A model generated the notes under the pieces. The model saw nothing but the letters and a program-made list of their open reading frames with translations. It searched no databases and was not told the origin of the DNA. Shown piece by piece: positions 1-12,755 of a stretch of 64,000 nt of DNA. The position numbers were made by a program, and so were the translations under genes. Every line of letters starts with the position of its first letter. Within the stretch, counting starts at the first letter, position 1. Origin of the DNA: Candidatus Nanopelagicales bacterium (GTDB taxonomy: Bacteria; Actinomycetota; Actinomycetes; S36-B12); the NCBI GenBank assembly GCA_044374195.1, contig JBILOY010000008.1, positions 8,640-72,639 of the forward strand, read 5' to 3'.

Positions 1-726
1 ATCAAGCACGCGAATCCGTGCGGCATCGCGGTCGGGTCTGATATTGCGGATGCCTACCGCAAGGCCTTTGCCACTGATCCTGTCTCCGCCTTCGGCGGCG
101 TTGTCGCGGCGAATCGTGCGGTCACCGCAGAGATGGCCACAGCCATGGGCGATGTCTTCACCGAAGTGCTTGTCGCCCCGGCCGTCGAGCCGGCAGCGCT
201 CGAGATCCTGAGCGCTAAGAAGAACCTGCGCGTTCTCATCGTCGAGCCGCCCGTCGCGGGAGTGCGCGAGATGCGCATCATCAGCGGAGGCATGCTTCAG
301 CAGAACGTCGACGCCGTCGATGCTTCGGGCGATGACAGCTCAACCTGGACCCTCGCCTGCGGTGAGGCTGCTGATGCTGCAACTCTCGCCGATCTCGAGT
401 TCGCCTGGCGCGCCTGCCGCTCCGTGAAGTCGAACGCGATCCTCGTGGCCAAGGATGGCGCTGCGGTTGGTGTCGGAATGGGTCAGGTCAACCGCGTTGA
501 CTCCGCGAAGCTTGCCGTCGATCGTGCCGGTGATCGCATCAAGGGCTCCGTGGCGGCATCTGATGCCTTCTTCCCGTTCGCCGACGGCCTGCAGGTGCTG
601 CTCGATGCCGGAGTCTCAGCAGTTGTGCAGCCCGGTGGCTCAGTTCGCGACGAAGAGGTCATCGCCGCCGCCAAGGCAGCCGGCGTGACCATGTACCTCA
701 CGGGCACGCGGCACTTCTTCCACTGA
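1..726 (+). CDS. purH: Bifunctional AICAR transformylase / IMP cyclohydrolase, C-terminal part (5' truncated by window edge)
   Basis: Frame 1 is open from base 1 ([12 protein letters not shown]...) and ends ...[10 protein letters not shown], the typical PurH C-terminus. Confidence 0.9.
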   Translation: MKHANPCGIAVGSDIADAYRKAFATDPVSAFGGVVAANRAVTAEMATAMGDVFTEVLVAPAVEPAALEILSAKKNLRVLIVEPPVAGVREMRIISGGMLQQNVDAVDASGDDSSTWTLACGEAADAATLADLEFAWRACRSVKSNAILVAKDGAAVGVGMGQVNRVDSAKLAVDRAGDRIKGSVAASDAFFPFADGLQVLLDAGVSAVVQPGGSVRDEEVIAAAKAAGVTMYLTGTRHFFH

Positions 727-1682
727 TGAGCATTCGGCCGCTGCGCGTCGGTTCATTCTTCATACTCCTGATTCTCGGTGGGCTCGTTCCCGCCGCTCAG
801 GCTCGGGTGAATGGTGAACTGACTGGGCACGCTGGAACCGGTATCGAGGCGGCGCTCATCTCCTTCAGCACGGGCTTCGCTTTGCTCACGATTGGCCTGC
901 TTGTGTCGCGGGGCATGCGCGATGGGCTTCGTCGAATTCCGGCAGCAGTACGGGAGGGTCGGCTTGCGTGGTGGGCTATCCCCGCCGGGCTGCTGGGCGG
1001 ACTCTTCGTGGCTTCCCAGTCCTTCGCCGTTCCCCTGATCGGCGTCGCGATGTTCACCGTTGGCATCGTCGCCGGGCAGTCAGCGAATGCCTTGCTCGTC
1101 GATCGTCTCGGGCTGAGCCCGGTTGGCCACACCCCGCTCACTCCACGTCGCCTACTTGCCGCGTTAATCGCGATCGCCGCTGTCGTGATCGCCGTGTCGC
1201 ATTTGCTGGGCGCTGAAGGCTTCTCGTTCATTGCCCTGCTGCTCGCGCTGATAGCCGGCGCCGGGGTTTCCATTCAGCAAGCTCTTGGCGGTCGCGTGAA
1301 TAACGCCACGGGCGTACCGCTGTCGACCACGTGGCTGAACTTTGCCTTTGGCACGGGCGGACTCCTGATCGGAACCCTGTTCGGCGCAGTTGTCCTGGGA
1401 GTACCCGTGGCTCAGCCCACATCGGGGCCCTGGTGGATGTACCTCGGCGGAGTTCTGGGGGTCATGTTCATCACGACAGCGTCCTGGGCGGTGCCGCGTT
1501 ATGGCGTCCTCGTCTTCGCGCTGACCTCGATCGCCGGTCAACTCTTGGGCGCTTTGCTTCTCGATCTTCTACTGCCAGTCGATGGGGGGCTCGTCGCTTG
1601 GAACCTCATTCTCGGGGTCGTGCTCACCTTCATCGCCGTGGCCGTGGGCGCTGGAGTGAGCCTGCCGCGACCTCGCCGATAG
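726..1682 (+). CDS. DMT-superfamily integral membrane protein (YdcZ/DUF606-like)
   Basis: 318 aa with about 10 hydrophobic segments. Its ATG overlaps the purH TGA (TGATG). Confidence 0.6.
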   Translation: MSIRPLRVGSFFILLILGGLVPAAQARVNGELTGHAGTGIEAALISFSTGFALLTIGLLVSRGMRDGLRRIPAAVREGRLAWWAIPAGLLGGLFVASQSFAVPLIGVAMFTVGIVAGQSANALLVDRLGLSPVGHTPLTPRRLLAALIAIAAVVIAVSHLLGAEGFSFIALLLALIAGAGVSIQQALGGRVNNATGVPLSTTWLNFAFGTGGLLIGTLFGAVVLGVPVAQPTSGPWWMYLGGVLGVMFITTASWAVPRYGVLVFALTSIAGQLLGALLLDLLLPVDGGLVAWNLILGVVLTFIAVAVGAGVSLPRPRR

Positions 1683-1723
1683 GCGGTGGCACCTCAGCGG
1701 AGCCGACAGGGAAGAATACGAGA

Positions 1724-2575
1724 GTGACCGCGACGATTCTTGATGGAAAAGCAACTGCCGCTGCCGTGAAGGCCGAGCTCGCCATTCGCGTGGCTGCCCT
1801 CAATGCGAAGGGCATCTTCCCGGGCCTGGGCACCGTGCTGGTGGGCGATGACCCCGGCAGTCACGCCTACGTGGGTGGCAAGCACAAGGACTGCGCCGAG
1901 GTGGGCATCACCTCCATTCGCGTCGACATGCCTGCTGACTCCACCCAGGCTGCGGTCAACGCCAAGATCGCGGAACTCAACGCTGACCCCGCGGTCACGG
2001 GCTACATCGTGCAGCTGCCGTTGCCCAAGCACCTCGATTCGAACTCGGTGCTCGAGCTGATGGATCCGAACAAGGACGCCGACGGTCTGCACCCCACCAA
2101 TCTCGGCCGTCTGGTGCTCGGCACCGAAGCCCCGCTTCCCTGCACTCCGCGCGGCATTGTCGAACTGCTTCGCCGTTACCACGTCGCAATCGACGGCGCG
2201 CACGTCGTGATCGTCGGTCGCGGAGTGACGGTTGGTCGACCGCTCGGTCTATTGCTCACTCGCCGTTCCGAGAATGCGACAGTCACCCTCTGCCACACCG
2301 GTACGCGTGATCTCTCGTCGGAACTTCGTCGCGCTGACATCATCGTCGCCGCAGCCGGAGTACCCGCGATCATCAAGGCCGCCGATGTTCGTCCAGGTGC
2401 AGCTGTTCTCGATGTCGGCATCACGCGCACTGAGGCCGGTCTCGTCGGAGACGTCGCCCCTGACGTGATGGACGTTGCCGGATTCGTGGCTCCCATGCCC
2501 GGTGGAGTGGGGCCGATGACCCGCGCGATGCTGCTGGCCAACGTCGTCGAGGCTGCGGAGCGGAGCGCGCAGTAG
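1724..2575 (+). CDS. folD: Bifunctional methylenetetrahydrofolate dehydrogenase / methenyl-THF cyclohydrolase
   Basis: [19 protein letters not shown]... and [22 protein letters not shown] motifs. I chose the GTG at 1724; the 1331 ORF extension overlaps the upstream membrane gene. Confidence 0.9.
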   Translation: MTATILDGKATAAAVKAELAIRVAALNAKGIFPGLGTVLVGDDPGSHAYVGGKHKDCAEVGITSIRVDMPADSTQAAVNAKIAELNADPAVTGYIVQLPLPKHLDSNSVLELMDPNKDADGLHPTNLGRLVLGTEAPLPCTPRGIVELLRRYHVAIDGAHVVIVGRGVTVGRPLGLLLTRRSENATVTLCHTGTRDLSSELRRADIIVAAAGVPAIIKAADVRPGAAVLDVGITRTEAGLVGDVAPDVMDVAGFVAPMPGGVGPMTRAMLLANVVEAAERSAQ

Positions 2576-2591
2576 TCGCGCTCAAGCATCC

Positions 2592-2903
2592 ATGACACCT
2601 TCCGGCTCTGACACCACGTCGTCCGCGTCGCACTCGCGACGCTGGTGGGCACGTCAGTGGCCGATCAGTCTCGTGCTTGTGCTGGTGGCTGTGTCGCTGG
2701 TGCTCATTGCCACCGATCACTTCCGGCGCGGCTCGGTTCTCCTTGCCGCAAGTGTGATCCTGGCCTTCTTCCTGCGTTTGATGCTTCCGGGCAGCGAAGC
2801 GGGTTTCCTGGTTGTGCGCTCACGTCGCGTCGACGTCATTGTTCTCGGAATTCTGGGCATCGGGCTGGGAGTCTTCAGCCTCTGGGTTCCGGCACCGAGT
2901 TAG
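2592..2903 (+). CDS. Small membrane protein, DUF3017-like
   Basis: 103 aa with hydrophobic helices. It sits directly downstream of folD, as is typical in Actinobacteria. Confidence 0.55.
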   Translation: MTPSGSDTTSSASHSRRWWARQWPISLVLVLVAVSLVLIATDHFRRGSVLLAASVILAFFLRLMLPGSEAGFLVVRSRRVDVIVLGILGIGLGVFSLWVPAPS

Positions 2904-2911
2904 GAAACGTC

Positions 2912-3664
2912 ATGGTCGCACTGACGTTCGTCGATGAGGGTTCGGGTTTCCCGCTGCTCATGGGCAGCTCACTCGGTACTGACAGCAGGCTCTGGGCTCC
3001 GATCGGCACGGCTCTGGCCGATTCTCGTCGAGTCATTCGCTACGACCATCGCGGGCACGGCTCGTCACCTGTCCCGGCTGGCGATTACACCCTTGAGCAG
3101 ATCGCTACCGATGCCCTCGAGCTCATGGATTCCCTGGGTATCGAGCAGGCGGACTACTGCGGAGTCTCGATGGGCGGCATGGTCGGCATGTGGCTTGCTG
3201 CGAATCATCCTTCGCGGATTCGGCGCATCGTGCTCGCAAGTACCTCGGCGCACATGGCGCCGCAGCAGCCATGGATTGATCGCGCAGCGCTCGTGCGTGC
3301 CGAGGGCATGGCTTCGGTGGTTCAGCCCACGCTTGAGCGCTGGCTGACCCCCGAATTTCGGGCTGCCGATTCCCCGGCCGTGAGCGGCATTCGCGATCAG
3401 CTGGAGGGCACGGATCCTCAGGGGTATGCCGGCTGTGCGATGGCGGTCGGCGAGATGGATCTTCGCGCTGACCTTTCCTCGATCAGCGCCCCCACCCTGG
3501 TGATCGTTGCGGAGGATGATCCGTCAACCCCGCCCTCGCATGGTGAGTTCATTGCCGAAGCGATCAGGGGCGCGGAACCCGTTCGAGTCCCGGGTCGTCA
3601 CCTGGCACTCGTCGAGCACCCTGAGGAGTATGTCGGGGTCATTGGCGAGTTTCTGCACGGCTGA
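2912..3664 (+). CDS. Alpha/beta-fold hydrolase (3-oxoadipate enol-lactonase-like)
   Basis: MVALTFVDEGSGFPLL...HRGHGSS... with nucleophile elbow GVSMGG. The internal ATG at 2912 follows the upstream stop codon. Confidence 0.7.
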   Translation: MVALTFVDEGSGFPLLMGSSLGTDSRLWAPIGTALADSRRVIRYDHRGHGSSPVPAGDYTLEQIATDALELMDSLGIEQADYCGVSMGGMVGMWLAANHPSRIRRIVLASTSAHMAPQQPWIDRAALVRAEGMASVVQPTLERWLTPEFRAADSPAVSGIRDQLEGTDPQGYAGCAMAVGEMDLRADLSSISAPTLVIVAEDDPSTPPSHGEFIAEAIRGAEPVRVPGRHLALVEHPEEYVGVIGEFLHG

Positions 3665-3726
3665 TCTGCGCCTGGTGACTCTCGTCGTTACTGTGCGGGG
3701 TAGAAATCCTGAATGGAGATGGCAAC

Positions 3727-4815
3727 GTGAGCACTGTCGAGCCGACCCTGCGCTCTGCACTCGACGGCATTCCCGCCTATAAGGCCGGAAAGCCTCCGGT
3801 CGTGGTGCCCGGAGTCACCTCGTACAAGCTCGCCAGCAATGAGAACCATCATGATCCGCTGCCGTCTGTGGTGACAGCCATCAGCGAGTGCCTTGCAGAG
3901 ATTCACCGCTACCCGGATTACGCCTCGATGAACCTGCGTACCGCCATCGCGGAGCGCTTCGATGTGCCGACTTCGCATATATCGGTCGGCACGGGCAGCG
4001 TCGGAATTCTGCAGCAGCTCGTGCAGATCACAGCAGGGCCGGGTGATGGCGTGCTGTTTGGATGGCGATCCTTCGAGGCCTACCCGATCATGACCCAAAT
4101 CGCCGGTGCCACTGCCCAGCGTGTGCCACTTGACGACTCCGCGACTCATGATCTTGACGCGATGCTCGCGGCAATTGACGAGACCACTCGGCTGATTCTC
4201 GTGTGCAATCCGAACAACCCGACCGGAACGGTGGTTGGCGGGCAGGCGCTTCGGGATTTCGTGGCGGCCGTGCCCTCGCACATCCTCGTGGTGATTGACG
4301 AGGCCTATACCGAGTTCGTCGATCCTGCCTCGACCGCCGACGGCCTTGAGCTCTACCGCCGGTACCCGAATGTCGCAGTGCTTCGCACGTTCTCGAAGGC
4401 TTATGGCCTGGCAGCCCTGCGGGTCGGCTTCTGCATCGCGCACGAGCGTGTGTCGGAAGCGCTCGCCAAGGTGCAGGTGCCCTTCGGGGTCTCGACTCCG
4501 GCGCAGGTCGCGGCGATCGCCTCGCTTGCGGCGGAAGACGAACTGCTGGCTCGGGTCGCCGCAATCGTCACGGAGCGCCATCGCCTTGCTGCGGCGCTTG
4601 CCGAGCTTGGCCTGGACCCGGCGGTTTCCGAGGCGAACTTCGTCTGGCTCACCCTGGGCGGGGGCACCATGGATTTCGCCCGCACCTGCGAGCAGGCGGG
4701 CATCACCGTGCGCCCATTCGACGGCGAGGGCGTGCGCATCACGATCGGTGAGCCCGCGGCCAATGACAGGCTGCTGACCATCGCCGCGGATTGGGTCGCG
4801 GCTTCATCCTCCTGA
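3727..4815 (+). CDS. Class II aminotransferase (histidinol-phosphate / aromatic aminotransferase family)
   Basis: 362 aa containing ...YKLASNENHHDPLP..., NPNNPTG and RTFSKAYGLAALRVG (the PLP lysine motif). Confidence 0.8.
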   Translation: MSTVEPTLRSALDGIPAYKAGKPPVVVPGVTSYKLASNENHHDPLPSVVTAISECLAEIHRYPDYASMNLRTAIAERFDVPTSHISVGTGSVGILQQLVQITAGPGDGVLFGWRSFEAYPIMTQIAGATAQRVPLDDSATHDLDAMLAAIDETTRLILVCNPNNPTGTVVGGQALRDFVAAVPSHILVVIDEAYTEFVDPASTADGLELYRRYPNVAVLRTFSKAYGLAALRVGFCIAHERVSEALAKVQVPFGVSTPAQVAAIASLAAEDELLARVAAIVTERHRLAAALAELGLDPAVSEANFVWLTLGGGTMDFARTCEQAGITVRPFDGEGVRITIGEPAANDRLLTIAADWVAASSS

Positions 4816-4944
4816 CAGCCGCCTGGTGAGGCGCGTCTCACATCGCCCTAGGGGGATCTGGCCGATTTTGGCCTTCAGCGCGGGAGTATCCTCGGGCGCA
4901 GGCAACACCTCTCTTTATCCCCTTTCGGAAGGCGTTATTCCCTC

Positions 4945-5901
4945 ATGGCACGCAGCGGCAAGGTCACGGTTATCGGTGCAGGTTTCTACGGTTCGACGAC
5001 CGCTCTGCGGCTCGCCGAGTACGACATCTTCGAGACGGTCGTCCTGACCGACGTCGTCGACGGCAAGGCTGAGGGCCTGGCCCTCGACCTCAATCAGTCG
5101 CGCTGGATCGAAGGCTTCGAGACCAAGGTCGTCGGCCAGACCACCGGCCCGAACGGCGAGGGCTACGAGGTCATCTCCGGTTCCGAGATCGTCGTCATCA
5201 CCGCCGGCCTGCCGCGCAAGCCCGGCATGAGCCGCATGGATCTCATCGAGACCAACGCCAAGATCATGCGCGCGGTTGCCGAGAACATTGCCAAGCACGC
5301 GCCCGAAGCTGTTGTCATCAACGTCGCGAACCCGCTCGACGAAATGACCGCCCTCGCCCAGATCGTCACCGGTTTCCCCTACGCCCGCGTCATCGGCCAG
5401 GCCGGCATGCTCGACACCGCCCGCTTCACCCACTTCGTGGCCGAGAAGCTGAACGTGCCGGTTGCCTCGGTCACCACGCTGACCCTCGGCTCGCATGGCG
5501 ACACCATGGTTCCCGTCGCCTCCGCCTGCAAGGTCGATGGCAAGCCGCTGTCCGATCTCCTGTCGGCTGATGAGATCGAGGAGCTCGTCGTTCGCACCCG
5601 CAACGGCGGCGCCGAGGTTGTCGCACTTCTCAAGACCGGCTCGGCGTACTACGCCCCGTCGGCAGCAGCTGCTCGCATGGCCAAGGCCGTGCACGAGAAC
5701 TCCGGCGATGTCATGCCGGTGTGCGCGTGGGTTGATGGCGAGTACGGCCTGTCGGGCGCGTACCTCGGTGTGGAAGCCGCGCTGGGCAAGGAGGGCATCC
5801 GCAAGGTTGTCGAGACTCCGCTGACCGCTGACGAGAAGGCACTCCTCGTTGAGGCCTACGAGGCAGTCAAGGCCAAGCAGGGCGACGTCAAGGACCTGTA
5901 A
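4945..5901 (+). CDS. mdh: Malate dehydrogenase (LDH-like family)
   Basis: KVTVIGAGFYGSTTA Rossmann motif and ITAGLPRKPGMSRMDL. Length is 318 aa. Confidence 0.9.
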   Translation: MARSGKVTVIGAGFYGSTTALRLAEYDIFETVVLTDVVDGKAEGLALDLNQSRWIEGFETKVVGQTTGPNGEGYEVISGSEIVVITAGLPRKPGMSRMDLIETNAKIMRAVAENIAKHAPEAVVINVANPLDEMTALAQIVTGFPYARVIGQAGMLDTARFTHFVAEKLNVPVASVTTLTLGSHGDTMVPVASACKVDGKPLSDLLSADEIEELVVRTRNGGAEVVALLKTGSAYYAPSAAAARMAKAVHENSGDVMPVCAWVDGEYGLSGAYLGVEAALGKEGIRKVVETPLTADEKALLVEAYEAVKAKQGDVKDL

Positions 5902-5942
5902 GTCTTTCCGTAGAAGCACTTCTCAAAAGAAGGTAGACAATC

Positions 5943-7160
5943 GTGAGCAAGATCAAGGTAGAGACCCCGGTCGTCGAACTCGATGGCGACGAGATGACGC
6001 GCATCATCTGGCAGTTCATCAAGGATGAACTGATCGTCAAGTACCTCGACATCGACTTGAAGTACTACGACCTCGGCATCGAGTACCGCGATGCGACCGA
6101 TGATCAGGTGACCATCGACTCCGCGCACGCGATCCAGAAGTACGGCGTGGGCGTCAAGTGCGCGACAATCACTCCCGACGAGGCACGTGTCGAGGAGTTC
6201 GGCCTGAAGAAGATGTGGAAGTCGCCGAACGGCACGATCCGCAACATCCTCGGCGGCGTCATCTTCCGCGAGCCGATCATCATCAGCAACATCCCGCGCC
6301 TGGTGCCGGGCTGGACAAAGCCGATCGTTGTTGGCCGTCACGCCTTCGGTGACCAGTACAAGGCGACCGACTTCAAGGTGCCTGGTGCAGGCAAGCTCAC
6401 CATGACCTACACCCCGACCGATGGCTCTGCTCCGATGGAGTTCGAGGTATTCGACTTCCCGGGTGCCGGCGTGGCCATGGGCATGTACAACCTCGACGAT
6501 TCGATCCGCGACTTCGCTCGTGCCTCAATGCGTTACGGACTGAACCGCAAGTACCCCGTGTACCTGTCGACCAAGAACACGATCCTCAAGGCCTATGACG
6601 GCCAGTTCAAGGACATCTTCGCCGATGTCTACGAGAAGGAGTTCAAGTCTGAGTTCGAAGCAGCCGGCATTGAGTACGAGCATCGCCTCATTGACGACAT
6701 GGTCGCAGCGGCCATGAAGTGGGAAGGCGGCTACGTCTGGGCGTGCAAGAACTACGACGGCGACGTTCAGTCCGACACCGTGGCCCAGGGCTTCGGCTCA
6801 CTCGGCCTGATGACCTCAGTGCTGATGACCCCCGACGGCCAGACCGTCGAGGCCGAGGCTGCGCACGGCACCGTGACCCGTCACTACCGCCAGCACCAGA
6901 AGGGCCAGCCCACCTCCACCAACCCGATCGCTTCAATCTTCGCGTGGACCCAGGGCCTGACCCATCGCGGTCGCATGGACAACACCCCCGCTGTCAGCGC
7001 GTTCGCCGAGACCCTCGAGCGCGTATGCGTCGAGACAGTCGAGGAAGGCAAGATGACCAAGGATCTTGCCCTGCTCATCAGTAAGGACGCACCGTGGCTG
7101 ACCACCCAGGATTTCCTGGCAGCCATTGATGAGAACCTGCAGAAGGCCATGAAGGGCTAG
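5943..7160 (+). CDS. icd: NADP-dependent isocitrate dehydrogenase (about 405 aa, eukaryote-like type)
   Basis: [23 protein letters not shown]... and NYDGDVQSD motif. Confidence 0.9.
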   Translation: MSKIKVETPVVELDGDEMTRIIWQFIKDELIVKYLDIDLKYYDLGIEYRDATDDQVTIDSAHAIQKYGVGVKCATITPDEARVEEFGLKKMWKSPNGTIRNILGGVIFREPIIISNIPRLVPGWTKPIVVGRHAFGDQYKATDFKVPGAGKLTMTYTPTDGSAPMEFEVFDFPGAGVAMGMYNLDDSIRDFARASMRYGLNRKYPVYLSTKNTILKAYDGQFKDIFADVYEKEFKSEFEAAGIEYEHRLIDDMVAAAMKWEGGYVWACKNYDGDVQSDTVAQGFGSLGLMTSVLMTPDGQTVEAEAAHGTVTRHYRQHQKGQPTSTNPIASIFAWTQGLTHRGRMDNTPAVSAFAETLERVCVETVEEGKMTKDLALLISKDAPWLTTQDFLAAIDENLQKAMKG

Positions 7161-7179
7161 CCTTCACGTACTTCGAACG

Positions 7180-7217
7180 GGCGAGGAAGGGATGCACATG
7201 ACGTCCCCTTCCTCGCC
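7180..7217 (+). terminator. Probable intrinsic terminator of icd
   Basis: Perfect 12-bp stem ggcgaggaaggg / cccttcctcgcc with a 14-nt loop, followed by tgtttct. Confidence 0.55.
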
Positions 7218-7224
7218 TGTTTCT

Positions 7225-8451
7225 ATGTCGCCGTCTTTCGCCGGTCGGCGGATGACGATTCTCACCGTGATCCTCGCGGCGCTGAATGCCTACGCGCCCA
7301 CCTCGATGGACATCTATCTACCGGCGTTCCCGCAGATCGCCGAGGAACTCGATGCGTCGACCTCGCAGGTTGCGCTGACGCTTGCGGTGAATCTCGTAGG
7401 CATTGTTATCGGCCAGCTGCTCTTCGGCCCGATGACTGATTCGTACGGTCGACGTCGCATCGTCATCATCACGACAGTGATCGCTGCGGTCGCCAGCCTC
7501 GGCGTTGCATTGTCGCCCACGATCGGCATTCTGCTGGTGATGCGCTTCATCCAGGGGCTGGCAGGCGGTGCAGGTATCGCGATCGCGCGAGCGATCGCAG
7601 CAGATGTCACTTCCGGCAAGGCAGCAGCGCGACTGTTCTCCATCTTCATCAGTCTCACAGTGACAGCCACGATCGCTGCGCCCGTGATCGGCGGGCTCCT
7701 ACTCGCGGTCACAGGCACCTGGCGTTCAGGCTTTGTCTTCCTCTTCGTCATTGATCTCATCCTTGCTGTCGCCATTGCGATCTACATTCCTGAGACGCAT
7801 CCGAAGCATGCGCGAACAGCGAGTGGTTTCGCGTCAGCGGGGCGGTCGTATCTCGCACTGCTTCGCGATCGAGTTTTCATGGGCTATGCCATCACCTTGG
7901 TGCTCGCCTTCGCTTCCCTTTACGCCTACTTGGCCGAGTCGGCCTTCGTGCTCCAGACGCAATTCGGCATGAGCGCGAATCAGTACACGATCGTGCTGGC
8001 AGTGAACTCCGCAGGGTTGATGATCGTCGGATTCCTGAATGCGCGATTGGTGCGCCGCTGGCAAGTGCGCGGTCTGCTCGTCACCGGGTTGGTGATCGCG
8101 GTGCTCGCGGGTATCGCGCTGATGATTTTTGCAGTGGTGACCCCCGTGCTGGCTCTCGAGCGGAGCCTGCTGCCGATCCTCATGCTCATGTTCATCATCG
8201 TTGCTACGCGTGGCATCGTGACTCCCAATGCCACGGTGCTCGGGGTGGAGCGATCGCAGACCAGGGGAGCGGCGGGTGCGCTTCTCGGGGCCGGCACGTT
8301 CTTCGGCGGCATCCTCGTCACTCCATTTATCGGCCTTACCCCGGAGGACCCCGCAGTCTCGATGACCGTCTGCATGGCGGTGGCGGCGTTCCTCGCCCTT
8401 ATCGTCGCGGTGACCATGACCAGATCGCGCACGGCACAGGCCGCTTCCTAG
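7225..8451 (+). CDS. MFS transporter (Bcr/CflA drug-resistance-like)
   Basis: About 12 TM segments and a GPMTDSYGRRR loop motif. The ORF opens at 7192, but that ATG lies in the loop of the upstream hairpin, so I prefer the ATG at 7225. Confidence 0.75.
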   Translation: MSPSFAGRRMTILTVILAALNAYAPTSMDIYLPAFPQIAEELDASTSQVALTLAVNLVGIVIGQLLFGPMTDSYGRRRIVIITTVIAAVASLGVALSPTIGILLVMRFIQGLAGGAGIAIARAIAADVTSGKAAARLFSIFISLTVTATIAAPVIGGLLLAVTGTWRSGFVFLFVIDLILAVAIAIYIPETHPKHARTASGFASAGRSYLALLRDRVFMGYAITLVLAFASLYAYLAESAFVLQTQFGMSANQYTIVLAVNSAGLMIVGFLNARLVRRWQVRGLLVTGLVIAVLAGIALMIFAVVTPVLALERSLLPILMLMFIIVATRGIVTPNATVLGVERSQTRGAAGALLGAGTFFGGILVTPFIGLTPEDPAVSMTVCMAVAAFLALIVAVTMTRSRTAQAAS

Positions 8452-8500
8452 AGCACGCCGTCGCGGCTAGGGGGCATGACCTCCGTATTGTTATGCGGAC

Positions 8501-10841
<2,341 letters not shown>

Positions 10842-10853
10842 CCGCGACACTCA

Positions 10854-11369
10854 ATGAGCGGCATGACCCTTGGGGTCGCAATCGAGGTTCCCGAGCCCTT
10901 TGGCTCCGTGATCGACGCTGCGCGGCTCGGCTATGAGCCGAGCGTGGGTCGCATGCCTGCACACATCACCTTGCTGCCGCCCGTCGATGTCGACTCTGAG
11001 GTGCTGCCGGGAGTCATCGAGCATCTGTCGGCCGTCGCCGCGCAACTTGAGCCGTTCGATGTTGCCCTGCATGGCACCGGCACCTTCCAGCCCGTGTCAC
11101 CAGTGGTGTTCATTGCGCTGTCGCGAGGTATCTCTTCGTGCGAGCGGGTCGAGGCGCTCGTGCGCAGCGGGCTCCTCTCCGTGGAGGCGCGCTTTCCGTA
11201 CCACCCGCACGTCACCCTCGCCCACGATGTGGGCGAGGAGATCCTCAATCGGGCATTCGAGGATTTCACTGACTTCCGTGCAGCGTTCACAGTGACGCAG
11301 ATGCAGCTGTATCGCCTGCACGCCGATGGCTGGCATCCGCTGCAGGCTTTTGCCTTCGCGGCTAAATGA
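10854..11369 (+). CDS. 2H phosphoesterase superfamily protein (LigT / 2'-5' RNA ligase-like)
   Basis: Two H-x-T-x motifs (HITLLPP and HVTLAHD) in a 171-aa protein. Confidence 0.65.
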   Translation: MSGMTLGVAIEVPEPFGSVIDAARLGYEPSVGRMPAHITLLPPVDVDSEVLPGVIEHLSAVAAQLEPFDVALHGTGTFQPVSPVVFIALSRGISSCERVEALVRSGLLSVEARFPYHPHVTLAHDVGEEILNRAFEDFTDFRAAFTVTQMQLYRLHADGWHPLQAFAFAAK

Positions 11370-12579
11370 CGCTGTAGGGCGACCTTCGCGACTTTCTGCG
11401 TAACCATGCCCACGCCATGACACCGGCCACTACCAAGGTGATGAGGGTGTACCAGACCGCCGGCGGCCAGGTGGTGCGCGAGATATCGGGCACGGCAATG
11501 GCCGCGGTCGCGGGCGGTCCGTCGGGCACGATGACCTCGGCTGCTTCAGCAGCGGGCGCGCTGGGCGACGACGCTGCAACAACCGTGGCACCTTCCACGT
11601 TCAACGTGCCGACCGGCGTGACCTCATCGTGGTTCTTGAAGCCCCAGGTCAACGCATCGGCCGCGGCTTGAGCGCTGCTGGACTTAATGCCCATGAGCGC
11701 TACGACGAGCGTGCGCCCCTTGCGGGTGGCGGCGCCGATGAACGTGCGGCCCGCCTCGGAGGTGAAGCCCGTCTTGACTCCGATGCCGCCGCGGTAGCCA
11801 TCGAGCAGCAGGCGATTGGTCGTGTAGATGGGGCGTAGTCGGCCGCCCTCGCCGGGGAATGAGGACTTCTCGGTGCGCACGATGGTGGCGAACTCGGGGA
11901 TGCGCAGCCCGTACATGGCGATCAGGGCCAGGTCGTACGCGCTTGAGCGCTGGCCCTTCTTGTCCAGTCCATTGGGAGTTCGTGCCACGGTGTCGAGTGC
12001 CCCGATCGACGCAGCGACCTCATTCATCTCTTTGAGGGTCTTCTTCATGCCGCCGTTGGAGTGGGCCAGGGCGCGAGCTGCATCGTTTCCGCTCGGCAGC
12101 ATCATCCCGTAGAAGAGCTGTTCATTCGTGTATGTCACACCCGGCTTGACGCCAGCAGTCGCGGTGCCCGGCACCACATCGGATTGACGTCCCACGTAGG
12201 TGCCGTCGAGTGGAAGTCGGGGGAGCAGGGTCAAGGCGGTCAGGGTCTTCAAGGTGCTGGCCGGCGCGCGCAGCTTGTGGGCGCCCTTGCTGGCCAAGAT
12301 CTCGCCGGTGCCGGCATCGGCCAGGACCCAACTGCTGGCCCAGATCTTCGGCAACGGGTCGGCGCCCGTGCCGAGGTTGGCCTGCACGCCCTTGAGACCT
12401 AGCTGGTCACCGCCGACAATCTGACCGGTCAGCGTGTTCTCAGCGGTAACCGTGTTCACAGCGGTCAGTACGGTCGCCCCGGTCTCCTCGGCGAGGGCAG
12501 GGGAGGCGAAGGTGACTGTGGCACTGAACACGACGCCGATGACGGCAGTCGCGGCAGTCAGCCGCTGAATTCGAGCCAT
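11362..12579 (-). CDS. D-alanyl-D-alanine carboxypeptidase (serine-type PBP) with C-terminal membrane anchor
   Basis: Signal peptide MARIQRLTAATAVIGVV..., SxxK motif PASTLKT, and SGN motif LPSGND. I chose the internal ATG at 12579. Confidence 0.8.
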   Translation of the reverse strand: MARIQRLTAATAVIGVVFSATVTFASPALAEETGATVLTAVNTVTAENTLTGQIVGGDQLGLKGVQANLGTGADPLPKIWASSWVLADAGTGEILASKGAHKLRAPASTLKTLTALTLLPRLPLDGTYVGRQSDVVPGTATAGVKPGVTYTNEQLFYGMMLPSGNDAARALAHSNGGMKKTLKEMNEVAASIGALDTVARTPNGLDKKGQRSSAYDLALIAMYGLRIPEFATIVRTEKSSFPGEGGRLRPIYTTNRLLLDGYRGGIGVKTGFTSEAGRTFIGAATRKGRTLVVALMGIKSSSAQAAADALTWGFKNHDEVTPVGTLNVEGATVVAASSPSAPAAEAAEVIVPDGPPATAAIAVPDISRTTWPPAVWYTLITLVVAGVMAWAWLRRKSRRSPYSVI

Positions 12580-12755
12580 GATCCACGAGTCTAAGCGGCC
12601 CTTTCGTGCCCGGCCGAGATCCGGGCAACTCAGGGTTATCGGACGTCCACATACGTGTGACGTACCTCCTACGCACGCAGGCTGCAGCCCCCTGAGAGTC
12701 GCCCTAAGATTCGACTGTTCGAGACTCAGCAAGTCCTGTGGAAGGAATTCCGAGA

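Noticed and set aside
1331-1723. N-terminal extension of the folD ORF; similar extensions at 2645-2911, 9786-9833, 12580-12732, 27 codons at 28273-28356, 51882-52121 and 58181-58435
   Set aside because: The extensions overlap neighbouring genes, are Arg/Pro/Ser-rich, and precede start codons that give N-termini typical of the families. Downstream starts were used instead.
4915-5919. 334-aa minus-strand ORF; also 3688-4581 (297 aa), 15393-16424 (343 aa), 21277-22071 (264 aa), 25687-26385 (232 aa), 61568-62629 (353 aa)
   Set aside because: Each is antisense to a gene with strong family motifs (mdh, aminotransferase, sdhB/mutase, lpdA-like, accA, cysK/cysE) and has no recognisable motifs of its own. 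I treat them as GC-rich shadow ORFs.
12580-12755. Loose repeats (gagtctaag / gagtcgccctaag, and gagtc...gactc) in the dacB-sdhC divergent region
   Set aside because: The matches are short and imperfect, and the expected chance occurrence is not negligible. There is no supporting second locus.
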